Source of the DNA: Octopus bimaculoides
Taxonomy: Eukaryota
Length of the DNA stretch: 64,000 nucleotides
Reading direction: 5' to 3'
Assembly (NCBI RefSeq): GCF_001194135.2
Contig: NC_069004.1
Coordinates: 2,169,273-2,233,272, forward strand
The position numbers were made by a program, and so were the translations under genes. Shown in pieces: positions 49,540 to 63,759 of the stretch. The notes beneath the pieces are model-generated. The model did no database searches. It saw nothing but the letters and a program-made list of their open reading frames with translations, and was not told where the DNA came from. Each line of letters opens with the position of its first letter. The stretch's first letter is position 1.

Positions 49540-49880
49540 TATGTTGTTTAGAGACGGGGATTGGCTCTGTGCAAGGCTTTTCCACAATTAAAAAAAGCTT
49601 TAGGTATAAGATACCCCTTGATTTTTAACATCTTTATTATGCGGTGCATATCATAGTTGGTCGTAGCCGAAAAAGGCAAAACGCTCAATGAAAGATTCCA
49701 CGATGGAATGAAGGCATGTCTCAGCGTGAGTGGGAAGTTCTCTGAACACCTGCTGCTAGAGGCGCCCATCGTTGCCACATCTGTGCAAAGGAGCGTCGGT
49801 CCTTAGCAGGATTGAAATGCCACGTCTCTACTGTGCCTGTTTAACACAACAGTCAAGCGATGGCATTGCTCGAAATCCAA
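49540..49880 (+). mobile_element. Probable RTE-type LINE 3' end with degenerate zinc-finger motif
   Basis: CHICAKERRSLAGLKCH from 49773, followed by a short UTR-like segment; same motif class as 6909-6971. Confidence 0.5.
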
Positions 49881-52800
49881 TTGCAAACATCATATGTGTG
49901 TATATGTGCGTGTTTATCTGTCTGTCTGCCTTTCTGTCTGTATGTATAAATAATATACACACATTTGAATGCTTAAATGCCATAAAAATACTCAGTACAA
50001 AACATTATATATGCATGTATGTGTGTGTGTACATACATACATAGATGTATACTTATATATAAGCACAAATACGAATATATGCGAGTGCATGTGCGTAAAA
50101 AAAAAAGTGTGTATCTTTATAATTTATGTTTTAGTCATTGTGCTGCGGCCATGCTGGAGCGCCGCCTTGGAGGGTTTCGTCGAACAAATCGACCCCGGGA
50201 CTTAATTTCTTTAAAGCCTGATGCTTACTCTATTACGATACGTAAACAAACTAACACCGCTTGTCAAGACATGGTGAAGGACAAACATTTACACAGACAC
50301 AAACACACGCAGGCTTCTTTCAGTTTCCATCTACCAAATCCAATCACGAAGCTTTGGTCGTATGTATGTATGTTTGCATGTATGTATGTGCGCCTATAAT
50401 ATATACATGTATATGTATGCATCCATCCATCCATCAGTCCATCAAATTATCCATTCATCCAACCGTCAGTCTGTCCATCCAACAATCCGTCCGTCTGTCT
50501 GTTTGTCTACCTAGATAAGTGGTGATGTGTCGTGTCTAGTTTGGATCGGTGTCCTCGAATGTTTGAGAAGCCGAGTAAGAATCACCGTATAGATTTAAAC
50601 GTAGTTTTTTTTTTAAGCCGTTTACATTTTTCCTTTTTGGCATCAAGATGTCGGTGCGTCGTGGAATCATAGCTGAGTCCATAGCGGGAGCCTGATTCGA
50701 ATGCTGTCAACAGAACGAACTCTGCTGAAGGCACTCATGGACCAGATGAAAATGTTAAACCAGGCGGCTTGATGTTACAATTTCCCTTCATAATCACCAA
50801 CAGAAAAACGAGGGGTTAGTGTCCTTCGTATTCAAACATTTAGTACTAAATGTCATTCTATTTTAGTAGTGGTGGAAGCAATAGTAGTAGTGGCAATGGT
50901 GGTTGTAGTGGTGGTAGTAGTAGTCGTTGTTTTGTATTTATTTTTACGGCCTAGAAGAGAAAAGGCAACGCCCATAACCTTTGCAAGGCACCCAAGACTT
51001 GTAGGATGGAGTAAAGAGAAGAAGCCGTTATTCACGAGTTTCTTGTAATAGGAAACAGCAATGCACCAGGGTATCAAGTTATCTTCGGATGGGTGATATA
51101 ATCCAAATGCTTGCGACAGAGTGGAGAGTAGTCGCCTCTAGAAATACCCAGAGGCCAAAATGGAGGCAGTGGTGGACTTACTTCTCTTTTATTAACCTCT
51201 GCCGCAATAGAAAGACGTGTGGGAACTGGATGAACTGTTTACAGTTTCCTATGTCAAGAAAGTTAGGCCACATAGGACCCTCTGTTGGCTTGACCATCTT
51301 ATAGTGCTATATTTGCTCAGGGGACGTAAACAAACCTACAGCGGTTGTCAAACACAAATACAAAGACACACACACATGGATATATACATATGTTTACATA
51401 CACGACGGGCTTCTTTCAGTTTCCATTCACTGAACTTACTCACGAGGCTTTGGTCGACCCAGAGCTGTAGCAGAAGACACTTGCCCAAGGTGCCATGCAG
51501 TGGGACTGAACCCGGAACCATGTGGTTGAAAATCAAACTTCTTAACACAGAACCACATTGCAAAGTACTTTTTTCCCAGTATCTACAAATGTTGTATGTT
51601 CTTACTCATTGCTTATAAATAAATGCAAGGCTTCAGGAGAGTTTATATATGTAATGTATACAATGACGATGGCGTTGACAGATACCAAAGGAAGTTCTTT
51701 AAGTGGCATCGGGTGCGTGAAAACATAGGGTGGTGGTGGTGGGGATGTGCTTATGTTATTCATGTACTTACAGAAAGTTTTCGTAATTCGCAGTCTTTGA
51801 GTAACTTCTGGAGAACAGTTAGCTGATATATATATATATACATACATATATATATGTAAATGTTTGATAGTTGTGATAGAGACATTAGTCTCTCTCTATC
51901 ACCTCCTCAATGGCGGCTATAATTTGGCGCCACTACATATATATATATATAAATGTATACACACACACATATATAAAAGAGGAGAGATTCAAAGTATCAA
52001 ACAAATCTCCACCTGGTGCGGAACTATCGAGAAAAACTGTGGTTAAAGCCCATAATCTCACCGTTGTTCTTTTATATTTTGCTTATATGACATACTTGTT
52101 TCTAAATTCGGTTTCATCTATTTGTCCTCACCCACTTAGGATGTTCTATATATATATATATGGCTTTCGCCGAGCAAACGCACGCACCACTTTGTCCCTT
52201 TCAAGTTCGTGCTTCACAGCGTTCATACACACATAATTTTTCTCGTCTGGCCGTAAAGCCTTTTCTGTTTGTTTTCCTGTCTTGTTTTTTGTCCGCCACT
52301 ACATTCCTCCATGGCTAGATTTAATTTGCGTATACAAATTTAATCTGCGGTCCATGGGATGAGCTGTTTTAACGATGCGTCCTGCCCGAAGCTCGTCGAA
52401 ACGCCGGTGTTAAAACGTGGGTAGCTGATGAAGTAGAATGTTCTCTATGTGGCTCGTGTGTTTTCTCATCTACGTTTGTTTGCAATGTCCTGTACCCAGA
52501 TATGCACCTATACATACAGGTGGATGTCGGTATGCACATACCTGTACGTATATATGCATATACTCATTTACTATTTGTTTATATATATATATAGTACGTA
52601 TACTGTATATGACTGCACCTGTACATATGTATCTTTGTGATTGTACTTGTCCCCCATCACCGGTGTTGGCTTGTTGACATCCTTGTAACTTGGCAGTTCG
52701 GCATGAAAAGATCGTCAGAATAAGTGGCAGGTTTAAAAATATAAGATCGCGGATCGATTCTTCCGACTAAAACCTTTCGATGCAGTACCCCAGCATGGCC

Positions 52801-53375
52801 ACAATCCAATGATCGAAACGACATAAAAGACGTGTGTGTGTGTGTGTAGGTATTTCTCTATCTTTCTCTTCCTCCAACTCATTTGTTCAACAAAGCTGCA
52901 TCAATCAAGTATATTTATTGTTCAACATTTTGGAACGTTGGGGGTAATGAAGAGAATTTATATGTATATACATGGATGTAACCATACATACATGTGTGTG
53001 TATATATATATATATATATACATATATTTGTTTTGGTATGCACTAGTCTACCACTTCTACTTACCGAAATTCAGATGTGAGTCACCAAACACTCTTGCGT
53101 ATGCAATTAACTCATTCCATTAATTCAGAAACGGCATTCCTGACGCCTTAATACACACGCACACACACAACCTCTCTCTCTCTATGTATCTATCTGTCTC
53201 TATTCAGCAAAATATTTTCTCTCCTCCACCCGTGTCCCATTTTCCATCTCTCTCTCTCTTGTATGTAGATATTGATAGATGTGTGTGTCCGTGCGCACGT
53301 GCGTGTATGTATATGCTCTACTCTCTCTATGTTGTTATAGTTACATCTGTATGTATTTATGTATGTATATATATA

Positions 53376-53438
<63 letters not shown>

Positions 53439-54699
53439 ATATGATATATGTATACACACATATATATATACATACACATATACACACACATATATATACG
53501 TATATACATATATGAATATATGTGTGTGTGTGAATGTGTGTGTGTGTGTGTATAAATATATATAGGAAGTCCTATTTGCGTGTGTTTAGCCCGACAGCGA
53601 TATTAGCGCCCCACCCCCCGCGTGAGGGCCTTTTTTCGCTCGCTAAGGTCATTGAGGGTCGTACGATCAGCGTAACTCTCTTTCACCAACTTGCTGAGCC
53701 TAAATAGAAGAATGGTACTTGTTCATACATGAAACAAGAATGCGCAACTCATTCCTTCTTCCTTCAGCTTTCTGCTGTTTATTATTTGGATCAGCAGAAT
53801 CGTCAGTATGCCGGACAAAATGCTCAGTGACATTTCATCCGACTTAATGCTCTGAGTTCAAATTCCGCCGAGGTCGACTTTGTGTTTCATCCTTTCGGGG
53901 TTGGTAAAATAAGTACCAGTCAAGGACTGGAGGTTCAATGAAATGCGACTAACCCCCTCACTCAAAATTTCAAGCCTTGTGCCTATGATAGAAAGTATTA
54001 ACATTTTTATTATTTTATCTTCTGGTTTTGTAAAACTTCTATTGCCCACTTGGAGCTTCCATTAAGTCTGTCTCATATCAGTTTCTTCCCTGGTATTGCT
54101 TCGACCACAATGTAATAATTCTCATAGTTTTCCTCTAATAAAACGATAAACCTAAAACTAATGAGTGACTAGAGACACTAGCAAAACGTAAAGCGTTTAC
54201 CACTATCAAGGACTATTTAGATAACTTCGTTTCTAGCCTTGAATGCTGGTTGGTAAATCCAATTAAATGCGAGATCGAATAGGTGAGCTAGAAAATTTGA
54301 AGACAGATTGATAATATTAGGAAGAGCTACTTAACTCAACCGGTGGAATAATTGCAATATAGTCAGCCCCTTGATAATTAGCACAACGTCAAATAGACTA
54401 CATTTGACATATAAGAATTTTACCCACCGATCTCTGAACCTTATTACGAAAAGTGCTACGTGTTGCTAAGATTTGTAGCACCATAGATAACAAGGGTTTA
54501 GAAGGTATAATGCCAGAGAGAAAAAAACCCACTACCACCACCACCCTCATCGTCTTTCTACAAAATTTAAGATAAAAGCAAGGGATTTAACAAAAAACAA
54601 AATATTGCTAATAAACAAAACAGCATCTACCCACATTCCTTGCAAGCAAAGAAAACATGCGCAGCGTGAAGAGGCAGACGACTGAGTTTGAGAAATGAT

Positions 54700-54975
54700 G
54701 TAACACGAGGCTCCGGCAGGGGATGGTGGCGAACCCTACTGTACTCTTTCGCCACAACTTTCTCTTACTCTTACTTCCTGTTTCTGTTGTGCCTGTAATT
54801 CAAAGGGTCAGCCTTGTCACACTGTGTCACGCTGAATATCCCCGAGAACTACGTTAAGGGTACACGTGTCTGTGGAGTGCTCAGCCACTTGCACGTTAAT
54901 TTCACGAGCAGGCTGTTCCGTTGATCGGATCAACTGGAACTCTCGACGTCGTAAGCGACGGAGGGCCAACCACAA
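54700..54975 (+). mobile_element. SINE family D body and tail
   Basis: cctgtaattcaaagggtcagccttgtcacac...gagaactacgttaagggtacacg...cgacggagggccaaccacaac; shared with 13860-13930 and 60495-60555. Confidence 0.7.
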
Positions 54976-55304
54976 CATGTGCATGCATGCTTGTATCTAT
55001 GTATCTACCTTCCTACCTACCCACCCACTATATATATATAATCTGAATTATTTTTGAATTTCAAATCAGTCCGCGTTCAACCAGTGTATATATAGTGAAG
55101 ATTTGCAGTGGCTGCACGTATTTGACATCTATTTTCAGCATATAGGCATGGTAGTTTCCGTGCCCTTAAGTATAATTCTCTCCTATGCAATTATATATCT
55201 CTCTATATGTATTTTACCTGAAAAGTTATTTTTTATATTCTGGCCATTGATAAAATTCATTAACTTTAATGATTTTATCCTTTAATTATGTTCATATATA
55301 TATC

Positions 55305-55480
55305 GTCATCATCATCATCGTTTAACGTCCGCCTTCTATGCTGGCATGGGTTGGACGATTTGACTGAGGACTGGCGAACCAGATGGCTGCACGAGGCTCC
55401 AATCTGATCTGGCAGAGTTTCTACAGCTGGATGCCCTTCCTAACGCCAACCACTCCGTGAGTGTAGTGGGTGCTTTTACT
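55305..55480 (-). mobile_element. SINE family C copy with CpGs retained
   Basis: atcatcatcgtttaacgtccgcc...ggcgaaccagatgg...ctggatgcccttcctaacgccaaccactccg. Confidence 0.85.
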
Positions 55481-57059
55481 AATAACCTCCCTTTAGACTA
55501 CTGCCGCGACACCTAGTGGTAGACTCTTTGTTTTCAGACAAATTACACTTTAAGTGAATCCATTTGTAAAAGAGTGATTACAATACCCTGCTTTTGCTTA
55601 GGCGCGCAGAATAATAAATGAATTTAGTCGGTACTCAATGCGCATGTGTAGAGATAGTTTGTGTGCGTGTGTATGTATGTATGCATAGTGTGTATATATG
55701 TATGCATGTGTGTATGTATAGTGTATGTTTCGTTAGAATAAATGCTGGAAGCAATTCCTAATCATCAGAGATTCCGGAACTGCCGATGCTGCTGCTGTTG
55801 TTGTTCTTATTGGAAATGCGCCTGTGATATACACAGACCATCATCTATCGCTATAGAGATAGCTGCAGATTCATGTTAAAGTAGATAATATATCAATTGA
55901 GTGTTTCGTAATGAAAGTGACTCTGTGTGTGTGTGTGTGTGCACGAATTGTTGATTTTGTTTAGCCTCAGACGAGAAGGCTTCCCATCCTTGACTGTCCT
56001 TGCTATCAAGGACTATATATATATATATATATATTCACTTTTTTTCTCTAGTTTTATTTTAAGAACAGCAGGGTAAGATTGGGCGAGATTTTGCTGCTAA
56101 TTTGAGCAGGTCGAATAACCATGTTGAAGCTAATTCGTTGCTGTTGTTGTTGTTGGTGGTGGTTCACTTGTACCTGATGATGCTGAAAATATGTCACTAG
56201 ATTCCCATGGCCAATAATTTATTATTATCATTATTATTATTATTAATTATTATTACTTGGTCGATGAAACAAGTACCAGTTGCGCACATTATTATTATTA
56301 TTATTATTATTATCATTGCTGCCATCTCTCTCGTCATTAACTACCCTTCCCACCACCGCCGCCATTATCACTGGGGGTTTGTCATCTCTAATGTTCTCTT
56401 AGATCCTGCTTCTAGATGTGTGTGTGTGTGTATCTGGACATAGCACGTGTATGCTGATAGTTGTCTTTTACTATGTGTGTATGTATGTGAATGGGTGTGT
56501 GCGTGTATTTGTGTGTGAATGAATGTGTGTATGTGTGTGTGCACGTACGTTTATATCAAACCATCGATGAGGTCACATAGACGAATACAGGTATATCAAA
56601 TACGATACCGCCTGTATTGAAATCATTTTTGCACCTAGAGGAAATATTACTAAAGAACAATTAAGACCAACACCATAGAAGAAAGGGAGATAATCTCAAG
56701 AATCAATCGGGATCTGATGGCTTCTCCTTACTGCTGACATAAGCCTATCGTTATCCTACTCTCAACAATTGAATCCCTCTCACGGTCGAAGTTGTCGACA
56801 TACTAAGGAAAACTGCATTGTCTATAAGATAGAAGAAAGAAGCTTTTCCAACACTGACCCTCAAAGCAGACGCTTCAAAATTTTAAGTGGGTGGCACTTT
56901 TGGGTCTGCTGTAGACAATATGTTTTTTGCGGGGTCTAAGGGCGGCACACATTCTAGCTATGTTAATGTGCGTATGTATATACATACACATACAAACATA
57001 CGTGCATACACACACAGACACGTGTGTATGTGTTTCTATGATGGGATCTACTTTAAAAC

Positions 57060-57659
57060 GGGGGCACCAGTATTTTCTTAACGAAACACTTTGAAACTTG
57101 GAACACTGGTAGAATGTGTCATATAAAACATCTTTTACTCTTAGTCTTCTTAACAAAAAAAAAAAAGGAATTCACAAATTATTCCATGTTAAAGTTGTCG
57201 TATTTCTGTAATTTCAACCAATCACTGACGTCTATTCAGCTGAATAGAGTTACTGCTGGGCGGTCATAAAAATGTTATTCCCTGTGACATATTTCATCCG
57301 GTTTAATCGTAATTTATACGCATATATTGTTTATATAATAAATTACGCTGTGCGTAAATATGTGTGTAACAATTTTAGAGTTCGGATTCTAGAGTTAGGG
57401 TTACGGTTACGGTTAACAGTCTAGTTAGGGTTAGGGTTAGGGGATTAATACGATATACACCGTTACAGCGCTGTTTTCAACTGAATAGACGTCAGTGATT
57501 AGTAGAAATTATCGAAATAAAACAATTTTTTACATGAAATAAATTCGAATACAAAAATTTTTTTCTGTTCTATAACACAAAATAGATAAGTATACAAAGT
57601 TTGAAAGTCTTTCGGTACCAAAAACACTACATAAAACATAAATGAAAACTGGTGCCCCC
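57060..57659. mobile_element. About 600-bp foldback MITE with long imperfect inverted arms and internal GTTAGG repeats
   Basis: Perfect 12-bp outer inverted repeat gggggcaccagt / actggtgccccc. Inner inverted repeat tcactgacgtctattcagctgaa / ttcaactgaatagacgtcagtga. gttagggttagggttagg lies near 57425-57441. Confidence 0.75.
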
Positions 57660-58010
57660 ATCCAAAAGCGGAATAGGGTTGACATTTGTTTAAGAAATTT
57701 TTTATATTATGACACCTCATAAATGACGTGATTTATGATGTCATAATATAAATTAAAAAATTCAACACTGAAACTCCCCCCCACTCCAGTTTTATTCTGT
57801 TCTTGGATATGCATTCTGTAATCTATTCGAATGTTTATTAATCTCAAATGAAAATCCAATAAGAAATCATGTTTAATACCTGATTGGAATTGGGATACAC
57901 AGGGATTTTACACGGAGTTCTAAACAAAGGTTAACGGTTAGGCTCATTCGAGAAGTCGCTGTGTGTGTACATATACATATATATACACTCACATATATAT
58001 TTTTTATATT

Positions 58011-58770
58011 TTATCTTTTCCTGAGGCCATGCTGGAGCACCGCCTTTCGCTGTGTTTGGGCTTCTTTTCTGTATTGCTTTTGGTGAAGTAGCGAGTTGGA
58101 CGGAGCGGCCCTTCTTGGTGACCCCTTCTGCGATTTGGTTTGGTCGGGTCTCTCAGATGCATATTTATCAAGACGCCCTTTGAAGACCTCCATATCTACA
58201 TCTCGCAAATCTCTGAGGTTGTTTGATAGAATGTTGAACAGTTGTGGACCCTTGAAACCCAAACTGTTATAGTATTGGTTTCTTATTTTGATGAAGACGA
58301 GATGGTACTATGCTGTGTTGTCCAGTTCGGTGGTTGGTACAGCTTTCAATCCCAAAGTCAGGGGCCAGACCTTCCATATGTATATCACGGCATATCTTTC
58401 ACGCCTTCTCTCTAGAGAGTGGAGCTTCAGTTCTTTTAGCCTTTCCCAGAGGCTCATTTGTTTCACTAAGTCAAACTACTCTGTGCAGTGGCCCTGGATT
58501 GCCTCAAGTTCTGATACCAGCTTGGCGCTCTGCGGTGACCATAGTTGGGAGCAGTAATTCAGAAGACTGAAAAGGAAGGTTTTCCGTAGGAGTAGCATGG
58601 TATCTTTTTTCCTGGTTCTGGATGATCTCAGAATCAATCCATCTACTTGCGTGCACCGTGTTGCCATCCTGGCAATATGCACATAGAATGTTGCGTCATT
58701 ACTCAGGTCATGCACCAATTCTGACACTGGGATTGCACTACCCCCTGGTTCTGTGTATGTTAGAGATTTT
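58011..58770 (-). mobile_element. CR1/L2-group LINE 3' fragment
   Basis: FSLLNYCSQLWSPQSAKLVSELEAIQ and GPQLFNILSNNLRDL..MEVFKGRLDKY..PDQ..RRAAPSNSLLHQ, followed by an A-rich tail. Confidence 0.85.
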
Positions 58771-59509
58771 CTTCCTTTGCAGAATTCAAACCGATCACTA
58801 ACAAACAGGCAAGGCCTTTTTGTTTTAAGTCAAGACAGCTTGTTTGTGTGTGTGTGTGTGGTTATCTGATTTGGTTGTTGTATGCATGTGTGTGGTGGTG
58901 GGGATGTCTGTGTGGTCTGCTCGCTTAGTCAGTAATATGAATTTTTCATTTGAAAGTTAGAACAATGCGAGGAAGGGCATTGTAACCAGCAGTGTACAAC
59001 AATATCCGATAGTCTGGATGATACATACATACATACACATATATATCGTATTTGCCGGCGTATTAGACGCAAGACGCATTTTCGCGTAAGATGTTTCTTG
59101 TTTGGCAAATATATGTTGCGGAAAAAAAAAATTTCCAATGTTTCATCATACAGGTATTAAGAGAGTTCAAAGTGATTTTGTAATAGCAAACATATGATTC
59201 TGTGCAAGTAAACAAAATGTTGCGACATTATATTGGAATAAAGTATGAAACCATAAATTTATCATAAACCTTATGGGATTATTGCGTTTCGGCTTTATTT
59301 TATTACAGATCAATTGTATAGTTGTTTAAAGAGTCGCCATACAGGATTTAAAACTCGTATTTCAGGCTATGTTGTTCTATGTACCTGCAATCAGACACCA
59401 AAGTGGTACACGTCCGCTATGATTTTGTTGTCATCCATTGCAAATAGCGGAAAGGTGGATGAAAATTTAACATTCCTTTAATCCTTCTAGGAAAATTTTT
59501 CATTTAGAT

Positions 59510-59857
59510 CAGTGGTTCTCAGCCATTTTTTTTTTTTATCTAAAGACCCCTTTGATTACTATTTTATTCTGGTGGACCCACGTAGCAATTCGATGTTTAA
59601 AAACTAATTTTATAGAAACTTCTTTTAAAATTTCCTATTTTGTTTTTCACACGTTAACTTATGTAATTTGAACTTATGTAAAATGTTAGAGAAAGGAACC
59701 TAACTATTTCTTGTAATACATACCATTGCATACATCTAAAGCAACATTTTTTCAGGGGCTCTTAAAATACCATCGGCCCCCTCAATTTACTAATATTTTA
59801 TGTGGACCCTCCAAAATCTTATAAAAATCCTATATGGACACCAGTTGAATACCACCG
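59510..59857. mobile_element. hAT-type MITE
   Basis: Ends cagtggttctcagcc and agttgaataccaccg. The 8-bp flanks atttagat / gtttaggt (6 of 8 match) resemble a decayed target-site duplication. Confidence 0.6.
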
Positions 59858-60270
59858 GTTTAGGTGGTAAGCAAATGTCTCTTAAAGGCAATACAGGTAT
59901 CAAATAATGCAAGATATTTCAGGTGTGGGTAATGCAGACGTAATGTTATTATGTGACTTCCACTCAGAGCTGCCGACGTGCTGTAAGCAATTTTGTTTTT
60001 TTTTTGTAAGTTTGTGCTAAAATTCTGTAATGATTTGGCTTGCGTACAATATTTTATTATTAGTAACAATTATTAGACCCAGCAGGATGATGCTCATCCG
60101 GTTCCCTAGTCTACGACACTCGGTCTCCCATTTGTAATATGGCTCCATTAGACAGACGCATGATAGCTTTTGATGTGTATAAAAATATTTTAAAAAACCG
60201 TCTTATATGCCGGCAAATACTATATACGTTTGTGTGTGCGTGTGTGTGTATGCGCATCGGTGTGCATGTA

Positions 60271-60346
<76 letters not shown>

Positions 60347-60860
60347 TACATGTGTGAAGATGTGTAGCTTAGTGGTTACGGTATTCAGCTAACGATCGTA
60401 AGGTTGTAAGTTCAATTCCCGGCTAGGTGTTGTGTCCTTGAGCAAGATACTTTATTTCATCTCGCTCCAGTCCACTTACCTAGCAGAAATGAATTGTACC
60501 TGTAATTCAAAGGGGACAGCCTTGTCACATTCTGTGTCATGCTGAATCTCCCTTATTGATTGAGACACATATGTGTCAAGCAGACAGTCTTGGACGGAGC
60601 TGAAGGAGAAAGAAAACAACAAAACAAAACCGCCTGAGCTGAGTGAGAACTGGGTTGTCACTGCAGTATACGATGCGACATATCTGGTATCGGATGACTA
60701 CAGAGGAGAGGAGGAAACAACAGCAGTAAAAAAAACGAGAAAGCCAGAGTTCAATCAATATAGCTTGTATCGTGTGTGTGTGTGTGTGTGTGAGTGAGTG
60801 AGTATATGTGTGCATATATAGATGCATACGTATACTCACACACATATATTTATACATAAA

Positions 60861-61086
60861 GGCGGCGAGCTGGCAGAAACGTTAACACGCCGGGCGAAAT
60901 GCTTAACGGTATTTCGTCTGCCGATACGCTCTGAGTTCAAACTCTGCCGAGGTCGACTTTGTCTTTCATCCTTTCGGGGTCGATTAAATAAGTACCAGTT
61001 ACACACTGGGATCGCTGTTATCGGATTAATCCCTTTGTCTGTTTTTGTTTGTCCCCTCTATGTTTAGCCCCCTGTGGGCAATAAAG

Positions 61087-61090
<4 letters not shown>
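60861..61090 (+). mobile_element. SINE family A, near full length, CpGs retained
   Basis: ggcggcgagctggcagaaacgttaacacgccgggcgaaatgc...gaggtcgactttgtctttcatcctttcggggtcga...gggcaataaagaaata, then (TA)n. Confidence 0.88.
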
Positions 61091-61169
<79 letters not shown>

Positions 61170-61189
61170 TTCACACACACACACCAAGA

Positions 61190-61310
61190 GGTAGAACCAT
61201 TCAAGTTGGTATCCGAAGGTGCCAGTAATCCCTTTGGGAATGAGCTCTCCCTGGATTTCATCAAGGTATCGCTCTAAGTGAAGGCTTAATTGTACATAAA
61301 ACTCGCTGCT
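61190..61310 (-). mobile_element. Possible R4/Dong-like LINE 3' remnant
   Basis: CTIKPSL / LERYLDEIQGELIPKGITGT resembles the ends at 14485-14880. Confidence 0.3.
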
Positions 61311-63759
61311 CCACCGAGACTGATAACTTACACTTTAACTGTCTCTAGGAATCTTGGTATTGCTCATGAGAGTCGTCATAGTGTGGTGCAAGCCTTGCCG
61401 AAAAGTTCTTTCACACTCATCATTACGCATGCGTGCACCATACCCACATCACACACCCACTTGCTATACTAATATGGTGCTAGCAACTTGTAACTTCCGC
61501 TCCTGACAAGAGAACTTTGTCGAAATTTCATTCCATCGAATTCGCCGGATGTTGAATGGCTATATTAATTCTTCTTCGTTTTTTTATTTCCTTTCTTTTC
61601 TCTCTCTCGCTTTCTCTCTTGCTAAACGAATCCATATGTAATTGAAATTGCTGGAACATCCAATGGAAACGTTGTGTATGTAAGGTAATGAATCATGTAA
61701 ACAACAGAGCAGATTAAACAATTTACTTCTCTCACAAAATAAACTGTCTCTATTACCCATATTTCAGTGATAAAAACGCCCTATTCCAAGAATTGGCAAA
61801 TAAACGAAATTCAAATTTTCTCATGACTTTGCCCTGTCATTTAAGGTTGTCGCATTGCTATTTTAACCTTCTTCGGCAAACGTTTCTGAGAATAAAATCC
61901 TAAATGCTTAATCAGACATTTAGCTTGATAAGGCGTCAGAGAAAGAAAAAAATGAGGAAATATAGTATTACGGCTGTCATTCAGTAACTAAATGTCTGAA
62001 GTGGCAGAGATTTCGAATTACTGTAAATAAATCTACATTTTCTACCTGTATTTTACATGCATATTAGATTACATTATATTACACTAGGTTTAATATTGAT
62101 TTCGAATTTTGGCAAACGGCCAGAAAGTTCGGTGGGAGTGGGGTAAATAGATTACATCGACCCCAGAGCTCGACTGGTGGTTATTTTATCAACTCCTGGA
62201 GGATGAAGGGCAAGGTCGACCTTGGGGGGAATTTCAACTCAACATAAAGACAGACAAAATGTCGCTAAGCATTTTGCCCGGCGTGCAAGCGTTTCTGACA
62301 GTTCACCACCTTCGCTAGTTTTAATATTGAGCATTGTGTTTCTACAGCATAATGATATCGAATGGTTTACTCATATATACATACATATGTAAATACATAC
62401 ATGTACATATGCATATACACACATATACATGTACACTAGTCATGGGTAAACTGACTTTCTGAATGACACGTCAATGAAAAAGTTACCTTGAATAGTTTTT
62501 AAATAATGCAGTCCATTTGATGTCTTCCATGCTTAATATATACATTGAATAATAAATTAAGATTATACATGCATGCATAGATATGTACGTATATACATGA
62601 AAACACACACACGTATATATANNNNNNNNNNNNNNNNNNNNNNATATATATATATATAATATGGTAGTAGGAAGCCTATCTGATGGAGATTGGATAATTA
62701 CGAAGATGTCTTTGATATTCGTATTTCGTGTGGCAAGGTAATATCATTAGTTTATCCAGATTACGATTGACGGAATCTAATTGGTGTAATTGATAGATAG
62801 TGCTATCTCTCGGCAAGTAATAGATCCAACTTTCATTTCTCGTTACCAATTTTATTGAATTAATCTTTTGCTGATTTAAGGCTATGATAGACGAACTCCG
62901 ATGTAAGATGCCGGGGCACGGAATTGAACTCAGGAAGTGCATAACTGCAATGTGATTTTTTTTTAAATACATAAATAAAATAAATGAAACCAGATTTATG
63001 TTGTGCCACGAGGAGACGAAATATATCTAATGTTAAAAAAATCTGAAACATTAGATAATAGTTTCAAATTTTGGAATAAGGCCAGCAGTTTTCGCTGGTA
63101 CTCATAATTCATGTTGTTCTCGGCAGGGTTTAAGCTCAGCACGTAAAAGAGAAGAGATATTTCTAAGCATTTATTCGATACGATAACGATTCTGCCGGCC
63201 CATTACCTTTGCAACATTAAATATTTTCTGCTATAGGCATGTGTATGATTGTTGTGGCATCCACCTCTTCTTCCCATCCCTATGACCCTTCTCACAGCAC
63301 AACAGAGCCAATTCCAGATGCAAGGAGATAGAGTGAGAGAAAGAAAGACACAGACAGACAAACAGACAGAGAATTGCTAAATGACGAATCAACTCAGGAT
63401 TTGGTTGATATTTACTTTCTTGGCTGAAATACAAAGGAAAAGTAAAGTTGACCGCTGTATTTGATCTCAGATCTTGAGATCAAGTTGACCTCTGATTTGA
63501 TCTTGGGACATAGTGAGTCATTACAAACACCACAAGGAACTTTATTTCATACTCAGACGACTTGCCACCTTAAATACATCGTTACTATAGTTATATCATT
63601 ACTTCACATGCATAACTGTCGTAATGATGTATCAGTAATAATTGTATACATGTTGTAATGGTATAACCATAGTAATGACATTGTTCTGGTTCTTTATTGC
63701 CCACAGGGGGCTAAACATAGAGGGGACAAACTCAGCTATACAATATGTATAGAAGATAG

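Noticed and set aside
56172-56190. Further CTGATGA..GAAA hammerhead candidate (also 17512 and the - strand near 32120)
   Set aside because: Stem II cannot form, or GAAA is absent.
57391-57441. True telomere or chromosome fusion site
   Set aside because: Only a few degenerate units on one strand, embedded in an inverted-repeat element.
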